Below, piece after piece: positions 14,054 through 22,701 of a stretch of 39,587 nt of DNA. The position numbers and the translations under genes were made by a program. How positions within the stretch are numbered: the first letter of the stretch is position 1; every line of letters begins with the position of its first letter. The DNA comes from a bacterium (GTDB lineage Bacteria; UBA10199; 2-02-FULL-44-16; DYJF01), in the NCBI GenBank assembly GCA_041739675.1, contig JBGSNL010000084.1, positions 1-39,587 on the forward strand. The letters are read 5' to 3'. Below the pieces are notes generated by a model. It ran no database searches, was not told the origin of the DNA, and saw nothing but the letters and a program-made list of their open reading frames with translations.

Positions 14054-14368
14054 ATGAGGATCACCGAAAGGCAAACTATGGATAGCGATAGAATTTCAAA
14101 TCAGATAAATGCCCTGCCACCGGAAACGCCTCAAGAGGTTACCCAGTCTTCAGAGCATTCACAAAAGATCGTGAATCGGGACGAATTGCTTGAATGGCGG
14201 AAATCCCTTGAGACTAAATGCCAGCTTTTGAACCTCCTTGATAAGGGCGGATATGTCAAAGATATCAAGAATATACGGACGGATGTTGAACGTGCCCTGG
14301 CTGATTTGAACGAAATAATCAAGGCGCTTCCCGACGAGGAATTTGCTTTAAATACCGAGAACTTATGA
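14054..14368 (+). CDS. Hypothetical small helical protein
   Basis: ORF directly after P1 with an ATGA overlap to the next gene; two amphipathic helices; alternative start at 14078. Confidence 0.7.
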   Translation: MRITERQTMDSDRISNQINALPPETPQEVTQSSEHSQKIVNRDELLEWRKSLETKCQLLNLLDKGGYVKDIKNIRTDVERALADLNEIIKALPDEEFALNTENL

Positions 14369-14949
14369 CGACGACACCAAAAATTTGCGCAATAGAACCG
14401 ACGATACACGAGGGCGAGGATTGCCAGCCGAAGGCCCAAACTGTAAGTACCGATAATCGGGAGAAATCCAGCTTCGTAAAAGTGAAGAAAGACCCCTGGA
14501 AGGCGATGACTGGTACATCAGATGTCAGCGAACTGGTGGACGCCTTAAACGAGGTCGAGCAGCCGAGCGTTTCCTACAGGGGACCCATAGATTTCATCTC
14601 GCAGTCGATGATGATAAACGACCCTATGGTCACAGCAGCCGCGACTCCTCAGTTGGAGGTGCCCGATGTCCCGGATCTTCATGGTGATTTACTCAAGAAT
14701 CTTCCACGGTTAGCAGATAACCTTAAACCTATAATTGAGAGATATGAAGCCCTCATTGCGACTTGCGACGAGATGATTGCGAGCGCTCGTGCCTCCCTCG
14801 ATTATCCCATGACTATGCTGGAGGTGAAGGCTCTTCAAAACCAGATCGAAGCTCTGATTTACAGGAAGGCGGAAGCCACAAAATCTCTTGAGGAGGCGCA
14901 GGTTCTGTACGATTATCAGGTCATTCGCGAGGAGGTTAGCGAGTCTTAA
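14365..14949 (+). CDS. Hypothetical protein with C-terminal helical hairpin
   Basis: 194-aa ORF; residues 120-176 align by eye with residues 95-150 of the 755-aa protein. Confidence 0.78.
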   Translation: MTTTPKICAIEPTIHEGEDCQPKAQTVSTDNREKSSFVKVKKDPWKAMTGTSDVSELVDALNEVEQPSVSYRGPIDFISQSMMINDPMVTAAATPQLEVPDVPDLHGDLLKNLPRLADNLKPIIERYEALIATCDEMIASARASLDYPMTMLEVKALQNQIEALIYRKAEATKSLEEAQVLYDYQVIREEVSES

Positions 14950-15107
14950 TTGGCTGGTGACAGGTCTCCCCATATTTGGACCGATACCCTCAAAGTTCCA
15001 CCTTATCATTATATAGTGATACCATAAGACGTCAGATAGCCCCATCTTACTAGTTGAAATCATTGAATAATTAGCTTTGTTCGTTAGTTGGCTTAAAAAA
15101 CCACGGT

Positions 15108-15123
15108 TGGCAAAGACCTTGCA
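15108..15123 (+). promoter_or_regulatory. sigma54 (-24/-12) promoter P2
   Basis: TGGCAA-AGACC-TTGCA, intergenic, followed by an AAGGA RBS and ATG at 15158. Confidence 0.82.
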
Positions 15124-15157
15124 TAATACCTAGTCGGGGAATTGAGAAAAGGACTCT

Positions 15158-17425
15158 ATGCAGATAAACGGTATAAAAACTTTTAAAATCGATGAAGTCG
15201 AAACAACCGGCGGTACCGGCACTTCGACGACCGATACGGCAGCCGTCGAGGCCGATCTCAATGATATCTTTGGAGATCCGGCGACTGACACTACGTCATC
15301 CTCCTCCGGCAGCGCGTGGATAATCACGGATCCGACCTCTTCAGACTTCGGCATGGACGGAGGCGTCATCGACAAGCTGACGGATTATCCCCCTGATGTT
15401 GAATATGTGCTGGCACAGAACGAATCAGCGATCCGCTACCTTGACGTCATAAGGGAGCGATATGAGACGACAAAAGAGGGTCTAATAACGCTTCGTGACG
15501 GCTACACAGCCGCCCTCTCCTCTGTGACCCCTGCCGAAGCTGCGATTCTTCAAAGGAAGATCGAGCTCGTCAATACGGCCATTGCCAAGTGCGATGCGCA
15601 GATCGAAAAATGCGATTCGATGATGGACGAGAGCAACCGTGTTTACGTGCAGGAAGGCCAGGTTTGCAAAGATTTGAACGGCGACGGCTGGATCATGAGG
15701 CCGGGCGGGAAAAGCTCGATCAAGGTCGTCTATAACGACGGCAAAGCCTATTACATGGACGCCAACGGGAACCTGATCGACAATCCTTTCACGGATCCGG
15801 AGTACGAGGCGAAGGTCATAGAGGGCGATTCGATGACTAGCGTCGCAGCGACGGATGCAATGGGCATAGGCACGGACGGCACTGCAGCTGCCGATTTGTA
15901 CTTCAAATTGAACGAACTTCAGACCTCCTATTCCGGTGAATACCAAACAGCGGTCGATATCGGCGTTCCGGAATACATCTGGGTGGCGCGAGACGGTGAT
16001 TCCTGGGAAGGAAAGATCGACGAGGAAGCCGACGAGCTGAAATACGAAGTCGACACTTCACTCTGGGAAGGTGGCGTTCAGAAAGCGCCGGAAAATAAAA
16101 GCGAATACGTCCAAGTCAAAGTGACCGATGTTGTAGTTGAGTCGGAGCCGGCAATCATGACGACAGACGGTGACCAGCTCTACCACACGGTCGTCAAATT
16201 CCTCGATGAAGAAGGCACGACGATCGTCTCCTTCCGCATCGAAGGATATTTTGGTTCGGGCCCCGCTTCCGCAATGACGGCGGACGGCGCATATGTCGCG
16301 GCATCATCGGTCGGAATCAGCTTCCACAACGCCGACCGCGCGAGCCCGATCATCTTTGACGCCTCCAAATATGAATCGACCTGTCGCCATATACTTGACA
16401 GCTTTGCCGACACTTTAGGAATCACGGACAGCGAAGAACTTTCATATCAGGAAAATAAGGCCGCGTTTGAAGGCGACTCATTCACGACACAGTACAACAG
16501 AATTACTGGCAGCGGAACCTCCAGCCATGGCACGTGGGCCGATGTCAATCACGATTACGACTATGCCGGCTACAATGACCGCTACACGCCGGAGCTTCCC
16601 GATGAGACCGATTCCCTTAGCAAATTCACGACCGGCGTCTTTGTCACGGGCCTCAGGGGTTCATTCACGGGCAGCAAGCACAACGATATCTTCGATATCC
16701 CCGACGTCAATTACACGAACGACTATATCGAAGCGCACACACCCGACGATGCGGAACCGATTCGTTCCGGCGATCCCACCTATTGCACGGTAATCGACGG
16801 CAACAGCGGAAACGACGTGGTCAGGGCCGGCAAAGGCGACCTTTACGCAAAGAGAGTGAGTTTTGCGTGGGTCGATGCCTGCGGCGACGATAATGTGACC
16901 GTCAGCGTTCCGAAAGCCGTATACAGGGATCCCGATGGTGATGGAGAGACTGTAGGCGCAGAGGATACGATCAATGCGGATCCCAAAAACTTCGTGCGCA
17001 TCCACGGCGCCGCTTCATCGACCGTGTACGACGAGGGCGAGGACCGGCCATCCGAGAACTTCAAGGGATATGAAGACGGCTACGAACACGACGACTATTA
17101 TGATCTCTCCGGCGAGATCCGCGTTTCCTATCCTGCAAACATCGACGTCGTCGGACATGAGGAGTTAGATGACGGAAACCAGGCGGGCGATGCTGCGTCC
17201 GATTGGCTAGGAATAGAAGACGAGAAAAAAACGCCTTTGGAAGACGCGATCAAGGGCATCGGTGAAGAACAGGATAACCCCTTTGACGCGCCGGGGGCAT
17301 GGAGCACCGAGTACGGTTATGCCGCTGAACAGGACGAATTGATGGACGACTTTTTCAGCGAGATGTTCGGTGATGCGAGTCAGTTTGAGATGGAAATCGA
17401 AGCAGCCGGTTTGGAGACAGCTTAA
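15158..17425 (+). CDS. Large acidic, putative Ca-binding secreted protein (helical hairpin plus degenerate RTX-like repeats)
   Basis: 755 aa, rich in D/E/T/G; DLNGDG and DPDGDG loops; GSKHNDIF, GNSGNDVVRAGKGD; no signal peptide. Confidence 0.8.
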   Translation: MQINGIKTFKIDEVETTGGTGTSTTDTAAVEADLNDIFGDPATDTTSSSSGSAWIITDPTSSDFGMDGGVIDKLTDYPPDVEYVLAQNESAIRYLDVIRERYETTKEGLITLRDGYTAALSSVTPAEAAILQRKIELVNTAIAKCDAQIEKCDSMMDESNRVYVQEGQVCKDLNGDGWIMRPGGKSSIKVVYNDGKAYYMDANGNLIDNPFTDPEYEAKVIEGDSMTSVAATDAMGIGTDGTAAADLYFKLNELQTSYSGEYQTAVDIGVPEYIWVARDGDSWEGKIDEEADELKYEVDTSLWEGGVQKAPENKSEYVQVKVTDVVVESEPAIMTTDGDQLYHTVVKFLDEEGTTIVSFRIEGYFGSGPASAMTADGAYVAASSVGISFHNADRASPIIFDASKYESTCRHILDSFADTLGITDSEELSYQENKAAFEGDSFTTQYNRITGSGTSSHGTWADVNHDYDYAGYNDRYTPELPDETDSLSKFTTGVFVTGLRGSFTGSKHNDIFDIPDVNYTNDYIEAHTPDDAEPIRSGDPTYCTVIDGNSGNDVVRAGKGDLYAKRVSFAWVDACGDDNVTVSVPKAVYRDPDGDGETVGAEDTINADPKNFVRIHGAASSTVYDEGEDRPSENFKGYEDGYEHDDYYDLSGEIRVSYPANIDVVGHEELDDGNQAGDAASDWLGIEDEKKTPLEDAIKGIGEEQDNPFDAPGAWSTEYGYAAEQDELMDDFFSEMFGDASQFEMEIEAAGLETA

Positions 17426-17449
17426 TATTTGCAAGAAAGAGGTCTTATT

Positions 17450-19462
17450 ATGACGAGGATCGACACAACATTCAAAGCTGACGTACTTGACAGCTCGACC
17501 GGCACGGATGCCGCTTACTATGCGGATCTGAAGACGCGTCTCGAAGACGCGCTCCGTGAGTTGGAAGAGGTCAAGGCGAACTACGGCTCGACGTTAAACG
17601 ATGAGACCTATGCTCATCTCTTGCAGATGGAAGCGATGCTCAAGGCAGAGGTTGCCGGTGTCGACGGTCTGCCCGCCCTTTCAGGCGGCAGCACGGGCGG
17701 CACGACCGATCCGTGGTCGTCCCCGACGGGCCTTCCGGCAGGTTTCTCCGTTCCGGAAGGAAGCACGCTTGATACGACCCAGAATGCAGACGACGCGGCT
17801 ATCTGCGACGACCCCAGCTCGTATCAGGGAACGATCAACTACGAATTATCGGGATCGACGGACTCCCTCAACTTTTCGCTTCAGGACGATTCGATCACAG
17901 AAGTCGAGCTCATATCCAAGGGAAGAGATCTCGTGCTGGTAGTGCACAGGGGCGATACTACGGAATCATGGGTCATCAAGGATGGCACGGTCAGATCGGA
18001 GCCGATACTGATCGACGCGACACTCATGGGCCACTCAGTCACGATCGACGCATCGCGCAGCTTGCGCGTCAGCGATGGAAATCACGGCCAGCCGTACGGA
18101 CTCGTCACAGGTTTCCAGATTTGGGGCAGCAATTTTGACGACACGATCTACGGCTCGCAGGGAGTGGACGGAATCGTGGGCCTCCGCGGCAACGACGTGA
18201 TCGACGGTGGCGCGGGCAACGATGTGATCTTCGGCGACGACAAATATGACATTACGCCTGCGACCGAAATTGACGGCGTTGCGCTCGACAGCACAAACTC
18301 AAGAGACGATATCCGCGGCGGAGCAGGCAACGACCAGATCTACGGCGGTGCAGGCATAGATACGAGCTATGAGTCCGACGCAACGGACATTACAAGACCC
18401 AAGGACATGGGCGGCACGGTTCAGGACGACATGGCGCAGGCCCCTGACCCGGACGACTGGTTCTCCAACCCCGATGGCAACTGGGAGGTTGAAGAAGACG
18501 ATGACGGGACGATCGTTATCAGACACACGGGAACCGAAGGCGGTAGGATGGATATCGACATGGACTCCATGGAGGGCTACACGATGGCCATGGCCGACGT
18601 CGATCCCGACGATCCCAACTCGCTCATCATCACTTTTGTGGGACAGGACGCGGACGGAAACCCGCAGACCTTCAATGTCAGGATCGAAGGCTTCTTCGAA
18701 TCGAGCGAGGGTGTGCCGCCAGAGGAAGCAGTTATCACCCTCAACATCTTCGGCAGCGAGGAAGGCGACATCATCGACTTCCACAAAATCATGGGCGATG
18801 CGTATGCCTTGAAGAGCCAGAACATCAACATCTACGGCATGGGCGGAAACGACATCATCCTGGGCGCCGAGGCAAGACTTATGAAGGACGGCGTGGATGT
18901 CACCAACTGGGATGAGAGCACCGTCGGCGATCGCGGCCTCACTCGCGCCGTCGAACAGGACGTCTTCGCCTATGACGATGACGATGGATACGAGCCCAGT
19001 GTCGAAGACGGAATGATCGTGATAAGAGACGCGGCCACCGAAGATCCCGATGTCGTCAACCGTACGGTGAACCTGATAGCGCCCGACGGCTACGATCACG
19101 GCTACGTGACTGTGGGCGAGGATGGCTGCACCTACGTGGTCCTCGTGAAGAACGACGGAAGCGGCGACACGGTTGTCTTCAAATTCGAAGACACGAACCT
19201 TGAGGCCTCCGACATCTTCTTCTGGGACCAGAAACTGGACAGAGATGATTCCTCTTCGACAGCCACCGAGATCCAGCTCATTCCGATAATGTTCGAAAAT
19301 GATGTGGACGTGAACGAAGACGGCAACCCCGACTGGAACATGCTCTCCGGCGGTGAAGGCGAAGACGTGGTCTTTGGAAACGAGAACTCGAACTTCGACG
19401 ATCCGGACGGAGAAGACTTCATAGTGGAAGGCGACTTCGAAGAAGAAGGCAGCGAATCCTAA
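17450..19462 (+). CDS. Acidic RTX/hemolysin-type Ca-binding repeat protein
   Basis: ATG after AAGAGG; nonapeptides GSNFDDTIY, GSQGVDGIV, GLRGNDVID, GGAGNDVIF, GGAGNDQIY, GGAGIDTSY, GMGGNDIIL, GGEGEDVVF; no signal peptide. Confidence 0.85.
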   Translation: MTRIDTTFKADVLDSSTGTDAAYYADLKTRLEDALRELEEVKANYGSTLNDETYAHLLQMEAMLKAEVAGVDGLPALSGGSTGGTTDPWSSPTGLPAGFSVPEGSTLDTTQNADDAAICDDPSSYQGTINYELSGSTDSLNFSLQDDSITEVELISKGRDLVLVVHRGDTTESWVIKDGTVRSEPILIDATLMGHSVTIDASRSLRVSDGNHGQPYGLVTGFQIWGSNFDDTIYGSQGVDGIVGLRGNDVIDGGAGNDVIFGDDKYDITPATEIDGVALDSTNSRDDIRGGAGNDQIYGGAGIDTSYESDATDITRPKDMGGTVQDDMAQAPDPDDWFSNPDGNWEVEEDDDGTIVIRHTGTEGGRMDIDMDSMEGYTMAMADVDPDDPNSLIITFVGQDADGNPQTFNVRIEGFFESSEGVPPEEAVITLNIFGSEEGDIIDFHKIMGDAYALKSQNINIYGMGGNDIILGAEARLMKDGVDVTNWDESTVGDRGLTRAVEQDVFAYDDDDGYEPSVEDGMIVIRDAATEDPDVVNRTVNLIAPDGYDHGYVTVGEDGCTYVVLVKNDGSGDTVVFKFEDTNLEASDIFFWDQKLDRDDSSSTATEIQLIPIMFENDVDVNEDGNPDWNMLSGGEGEDVVFGNENSNFDDPDGEDFIVEGDFEEEGSES

Positions 19463-20205
19463 TAGCTGACGCAAACGAGATACAAACCATGGGCCGGGGC
19501 CGTCACCCCGGCCCTCTTTCTTTCCCGAGCTTTTAAAATCTTCAACATATCAGAGGGGTCAAGCCTCCCCCTCCCTATAGAAACAAGGGTGCCGACGATG
19601 TTACGAACCATGTGGTAGACAAATCCGTTGCCGGTGATTTCAATTGAAAAGACGGGTCTCCCGTCCAACGTGGCGGAGCTCAGCTCAATTCTTTCAATCC
19701 TCCTCACCGCATCTTTCGCCGACGATCCCGCCGCCTGAAAACTTTTGAAGTCGTGTTTTCCAATCAGGTATTTCGATGCCTTCTTCATTGCATTGAGATT
19801 GAGCTTTTCACGAATATGCCAGCAGCGATTCGACAGAAGCGCCGACGGCGCATCACTATTCAAAACGAGATAACGATAGAGTTTTGATACGGCGTCTTTC
19901 TGCGCGTTAAAACCGGCCGTGGCCCCTTCCGCAGCGACAACGGCAATATCAGCATTCAGCACGGAATTGATCCCGCGCATGAAACCCACCGGCGGGATCA
20001 TCGTGCGCGTTCTGAAGTGGGCCACCTGCCCCATAGCGTGGACGCCGGCATCGGTCCTTGATGCCCCGATGACGTGGTTTTCCTCAGACGTCATTTTCCG
20101 CACCGCTTTTGAGATCTCTCCCTGAATTGAAATGCCGGCCGGCTGAATCTGCCATCCGCAGTAGTTCGTACCGTCATATTCGATTGTGAGTTTGATAGTA
20201 CGCAT
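19459..20205 (-). CDS. truA: tRNA pseudouridine(38-40) synthase
   Basis: YDGTNYCGWQ, ASRTDAGVHA, GNGFVYHMVRNIVG, TAPAHGLYL. Confidence 0.97.
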   Translation of the reverse strand: MRTIKLTIEYDGTNYCGWQIQPAGISIQGEISKAVRKMTSEENHVIGASRTDAGVHAMGQVAHFRTRTMIPPVGFMRGINSVLNADIAVVAAEGATAGFNAQKDAVSKLYRYLVLNSDAPSALLSNRCWHIREKLNLNAMKKASKYLIGKHDFKSFQAAGSSAKDAVRRIERIELSSATLDGRPVFSIEITGNGFVYHMVRNIVGTLVSIGRGRLDPSDMLKILKARERKRAGVTAPAHGLYLVCVSY

Positions 20206-22691
20206 CAGAATTCAAAAAGGAACCCTATTGAAAAAACGGGTCCGGACAGATTGAGGCCCTTGCCCCCGAAATTGTTTATATACTGATACTGCGCTTCAAA
20301 GGTCAAAAACATGTCGTTTATTCCCAAATCATCGTCCAGGCTCCTCATCGCATCTTCATCTATCACTTTCAGGTTGAGCTGGGCACCGATGACACCGTGC
20401 ATGCCGAATTTCAAACCTTTGGTGGTCTTGCCCTGCAGGTTCTCGCGAAAAAATACGTAGTCGACACCCGCCTTGAGATAGGGAAGAAAATAATCCCAGT
20501 TCCAGTAATCGACTCGCCACACGAAATTCGTCTCGAACGGCATCATGAAGAAATTGAAGCTGTCCTGCGATTCCTCTCCAGTAATAAGCCCCGCGGCCTG
20601 ACCGTCTTTCACGAAAAAACCTACCCCGGCCTCGGCGCCATAGCGGCCATGGGCAAGAAGACCTCCCTGAATGCGGGTTATAAGATTGCAGCAGTCGCCG
20701 AAAAAATGGCCCACGTTCCCGTTCTTGGGCATCCAAAAGCCGGTCTTAACCTCCAGACTCCACCATTGCGATGAAGGTTCTTTTGCAAAGGCCTCAGACG
20801 AGATGAGCGTTGCCGCAACCAGAATCAAGATGGATGCTTTCTTTTTCCCAATACGGAAAACAACCAGCAAGGCCAGCGAAAGCGAAATCAGGATCGCGGG
20901 GTACGGGCTTGCCTTAACGCGCATGAGCGAACAGCCTGTCTCCCCTGCAAACTCGCAGGGGCCGCCGGTTTCCTGCGGAATGGCAAACGCAGGGGATCCA
21001 TCGGGAAACGTGCTTGAGCGTGTGAGCGAGACATTTCCGCCGGCGTCAACCGCCTCCATCGCTATGTAATAAGTGAGGCTATTTGTGAGCCCCGACACCT
21101 TCGCTTCCTGCGTGTCTCCCGATGCGGCCTGCGCAGGAGAAGCCGCGATTTCAGTTTTCGTGAGAACGGCGGCCGGATCTGTATCGACATAGATGTTATA
21201 GTTGTTCATGTCCGCAACGTCCAAACGGTCGAACGTCACATAGATACTGGCGTTGCCAAAACCGGTTGAGCGAATCTGAGGGGCCGGCGGTGGGGTATCG
21301 ACATTGACGGTTGCCGCCATCCTTCCCGTGTTGCCCTCCGCATCGGTGACGAAGACAAAGACCTCATTCGCCCCCTCGATGAAGGCGCTCGTGTTGTCAT
21401 CGTAATTAACGGTCACAGTGACATCGGTATCAATGGTTGCGATCGGAAAAGACGTCACACCCGTGCTGTCGACAAGCAGAGTTCCGTTGCCGCTCACGTC
21501 CCCGCCCGATCTCAATTCCGCGGTACCCATTTCGTCGGCCTGAAAGGCGATTGTAAAACTCTCGTGGAGCCCCATTGAACTCCCGCCGCCCGAATAGGTG
21601 AGCGATGAGATCGTGACCCACGGATTCGCACTGATGATCCCTACCGTCTGTGTTGCATTTGCCGTATAGACGTAGCCGTCCGCGGCGCTCGATGCCGTGA
21701 CATTTTTAGGCACGACCGACATCGGTATCGGTTCATGAGCCACGGCCGGGTCCGTGCCCATGTCAAGGACGACATCGTCTGCCATGTTGATAACCGAAAC
21801 CCCTTTCGAGCCGGCGACGTAGGCATATGTGGCGGTGGGGTTTGTCACCTCGGTGATAGCAATCCCCGTCGGCGCCGGATTCTCGGTGAAGTCAATCTCC
21901 GTCACGATTGCATGCGTATTTGCGTCGAGCTTAACGACGGTGTTCTCCGTCTGGTTGGTCACATATACAAACAACCCGTTCGGCGTGACGGCCGCTGCGG
22001 TCAAATTGGCGGCGTTCGCCGGATCAATCGTGATAGCCGTCGCGCCCAGCCCCGCGGCCTCCATGAAAAAGACAACGCCTTTGTCGGTCAGAAAATATAT
22101 TTCGTTCGTGAGCGAATCGTGCGCCGCGGCGGTCACATTGAAAGCGGTCACCGAGGGTATGGTGAGCGGTATGATAGACCCTACCGCCAGAACGGCGAGA
22201 TCGAGAACGTTCACCGTGTTGTCATTTTTGTTTATGATGTAGGCGTTCTGGGCGTTGTTGTCGATCGCTATCGCCCCCATCTCCGTGCTCTCCGCAATTG
22301 TTACGGTCCCGGGGTCGACAGTGATGTTTGACAGATCGTAGTTGAGGCAGTCGCCGTCGTCCTGAGGCGCATAGACGCGGTTTCGCGCACTGGAATAGGC
22401 TATCGCCGTAAGCCTGCCGTCGGTATCCGCATCAATGTCCAGCGGCGGCGGCTGCTCAGCGGCGAGGGCGAAATAGCCCAAGTCAACGATGGCAAGCGTC
22501 TCCCCGTATGACGCGATCATCGTATCATCGTCTGTAAGAAGAAATCCCGTCACCGTGTCGTTGAAACCAAAATTGAATGGGGGGCTGGTGCCCGTCACAC
22601 CCAGCCTTTCCTGATCAGGAAAGGCGCGAACTGACGATGGAGCAAGAAAGATAGGTACGAGAAAGGATAATAAAATTAGAAATCTGCGCAT
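20205..22691 (-). CDS. Exported beta-propeller/Ig/FN3-like protein with an internal GC-TM-basic segment and second signal peptide, fused to a C-terminal outer-membrane beta-barrel
   Basis: N-terminal signal peptide; YVTN-type repeats (FVYVTNQTENTV); FN3-like GLTNSLTYYIAMEAVDAGGN; ETGCS-TM-RIGKKK-h region-AFA; about 190 aa of alternating beta-strands ending IGFLFEF. Confidence 0.8.
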   Translation of the reverse strand: MRRFLILLSFLVPIFLAPSSVRAFPDQERLGVTGTSPPFNFGFNDTVTGFLLTDDDTMIASYGETLAIVDLGYFALAAEQPPPLDIDADTDGRLTAIAYSSARNRVYAPQDDGDCLNYDLSNITVDPGTVTIAESTEMGAIAIDNNAQNAYIINKNDNTVNVLDLAVLAVGSIIPLTIPSVTAFNVTAAAHDSLTNEIYFLTDKGVVFFMEAAGLGATAITIDPANAANLTAAAVTPNGLFVYVTNQTENTVVKLDANTHAIVTEIDFTENPAPTGIAITEVTNPTATYAYVAGSKGVSVINMADDVVLDMGTDPAVAHEPIPMSVVPKNVTASSAADGYVYTANATQTVGIISANPWVTISSLTYSGGGSSMGLHESFTIAFQADEMGTAELRSGGDVSGNGTLLVDSTGVTSFPIATIDTDVTVTVNYDDNTSAFIEGANEVFVFVTDAEGNTGRMAATVNVDTPPPAPQIRSTGFGNASIYVTFDRLDVADMNNYNIYVDTDPAAVLTKTEIAASPAQAASGDTQEAKVSGLTNSLTYYIAMEAVDAGGNVSLTRSSTFPDGSPAFAIPQETGGPCEFAGETGCSLMRVKASPYPAILISLSLALLVVFRIGKKKASILILVAATLISSEAFAKEPSSQWWSLEVKTGFWMPKNGNVGHFFGDCCNLITRIQGGLLAHGRYGAEAGVGFFVKDGQAAGLITGEESQDSFNFFMMPFETNFVWRVDYWNWDYFLPYLKAGVDYVFFRENLQGKTTKGLKFGMHGVIGAQLNLKVIDEDAMRSLDDDLGINDMFLTFEAQYQYINNFGGKGLNLSGPVFSIGFLFEF

Positions 22692-22701
22692 TTAGCGTAG
22701 A

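Noticed and set aside
18299..19474. 391-aa minus-strand ORF
   Set aside because: Antisense shadow of the Asp-rich RTX-like gene with no recognisable motifs
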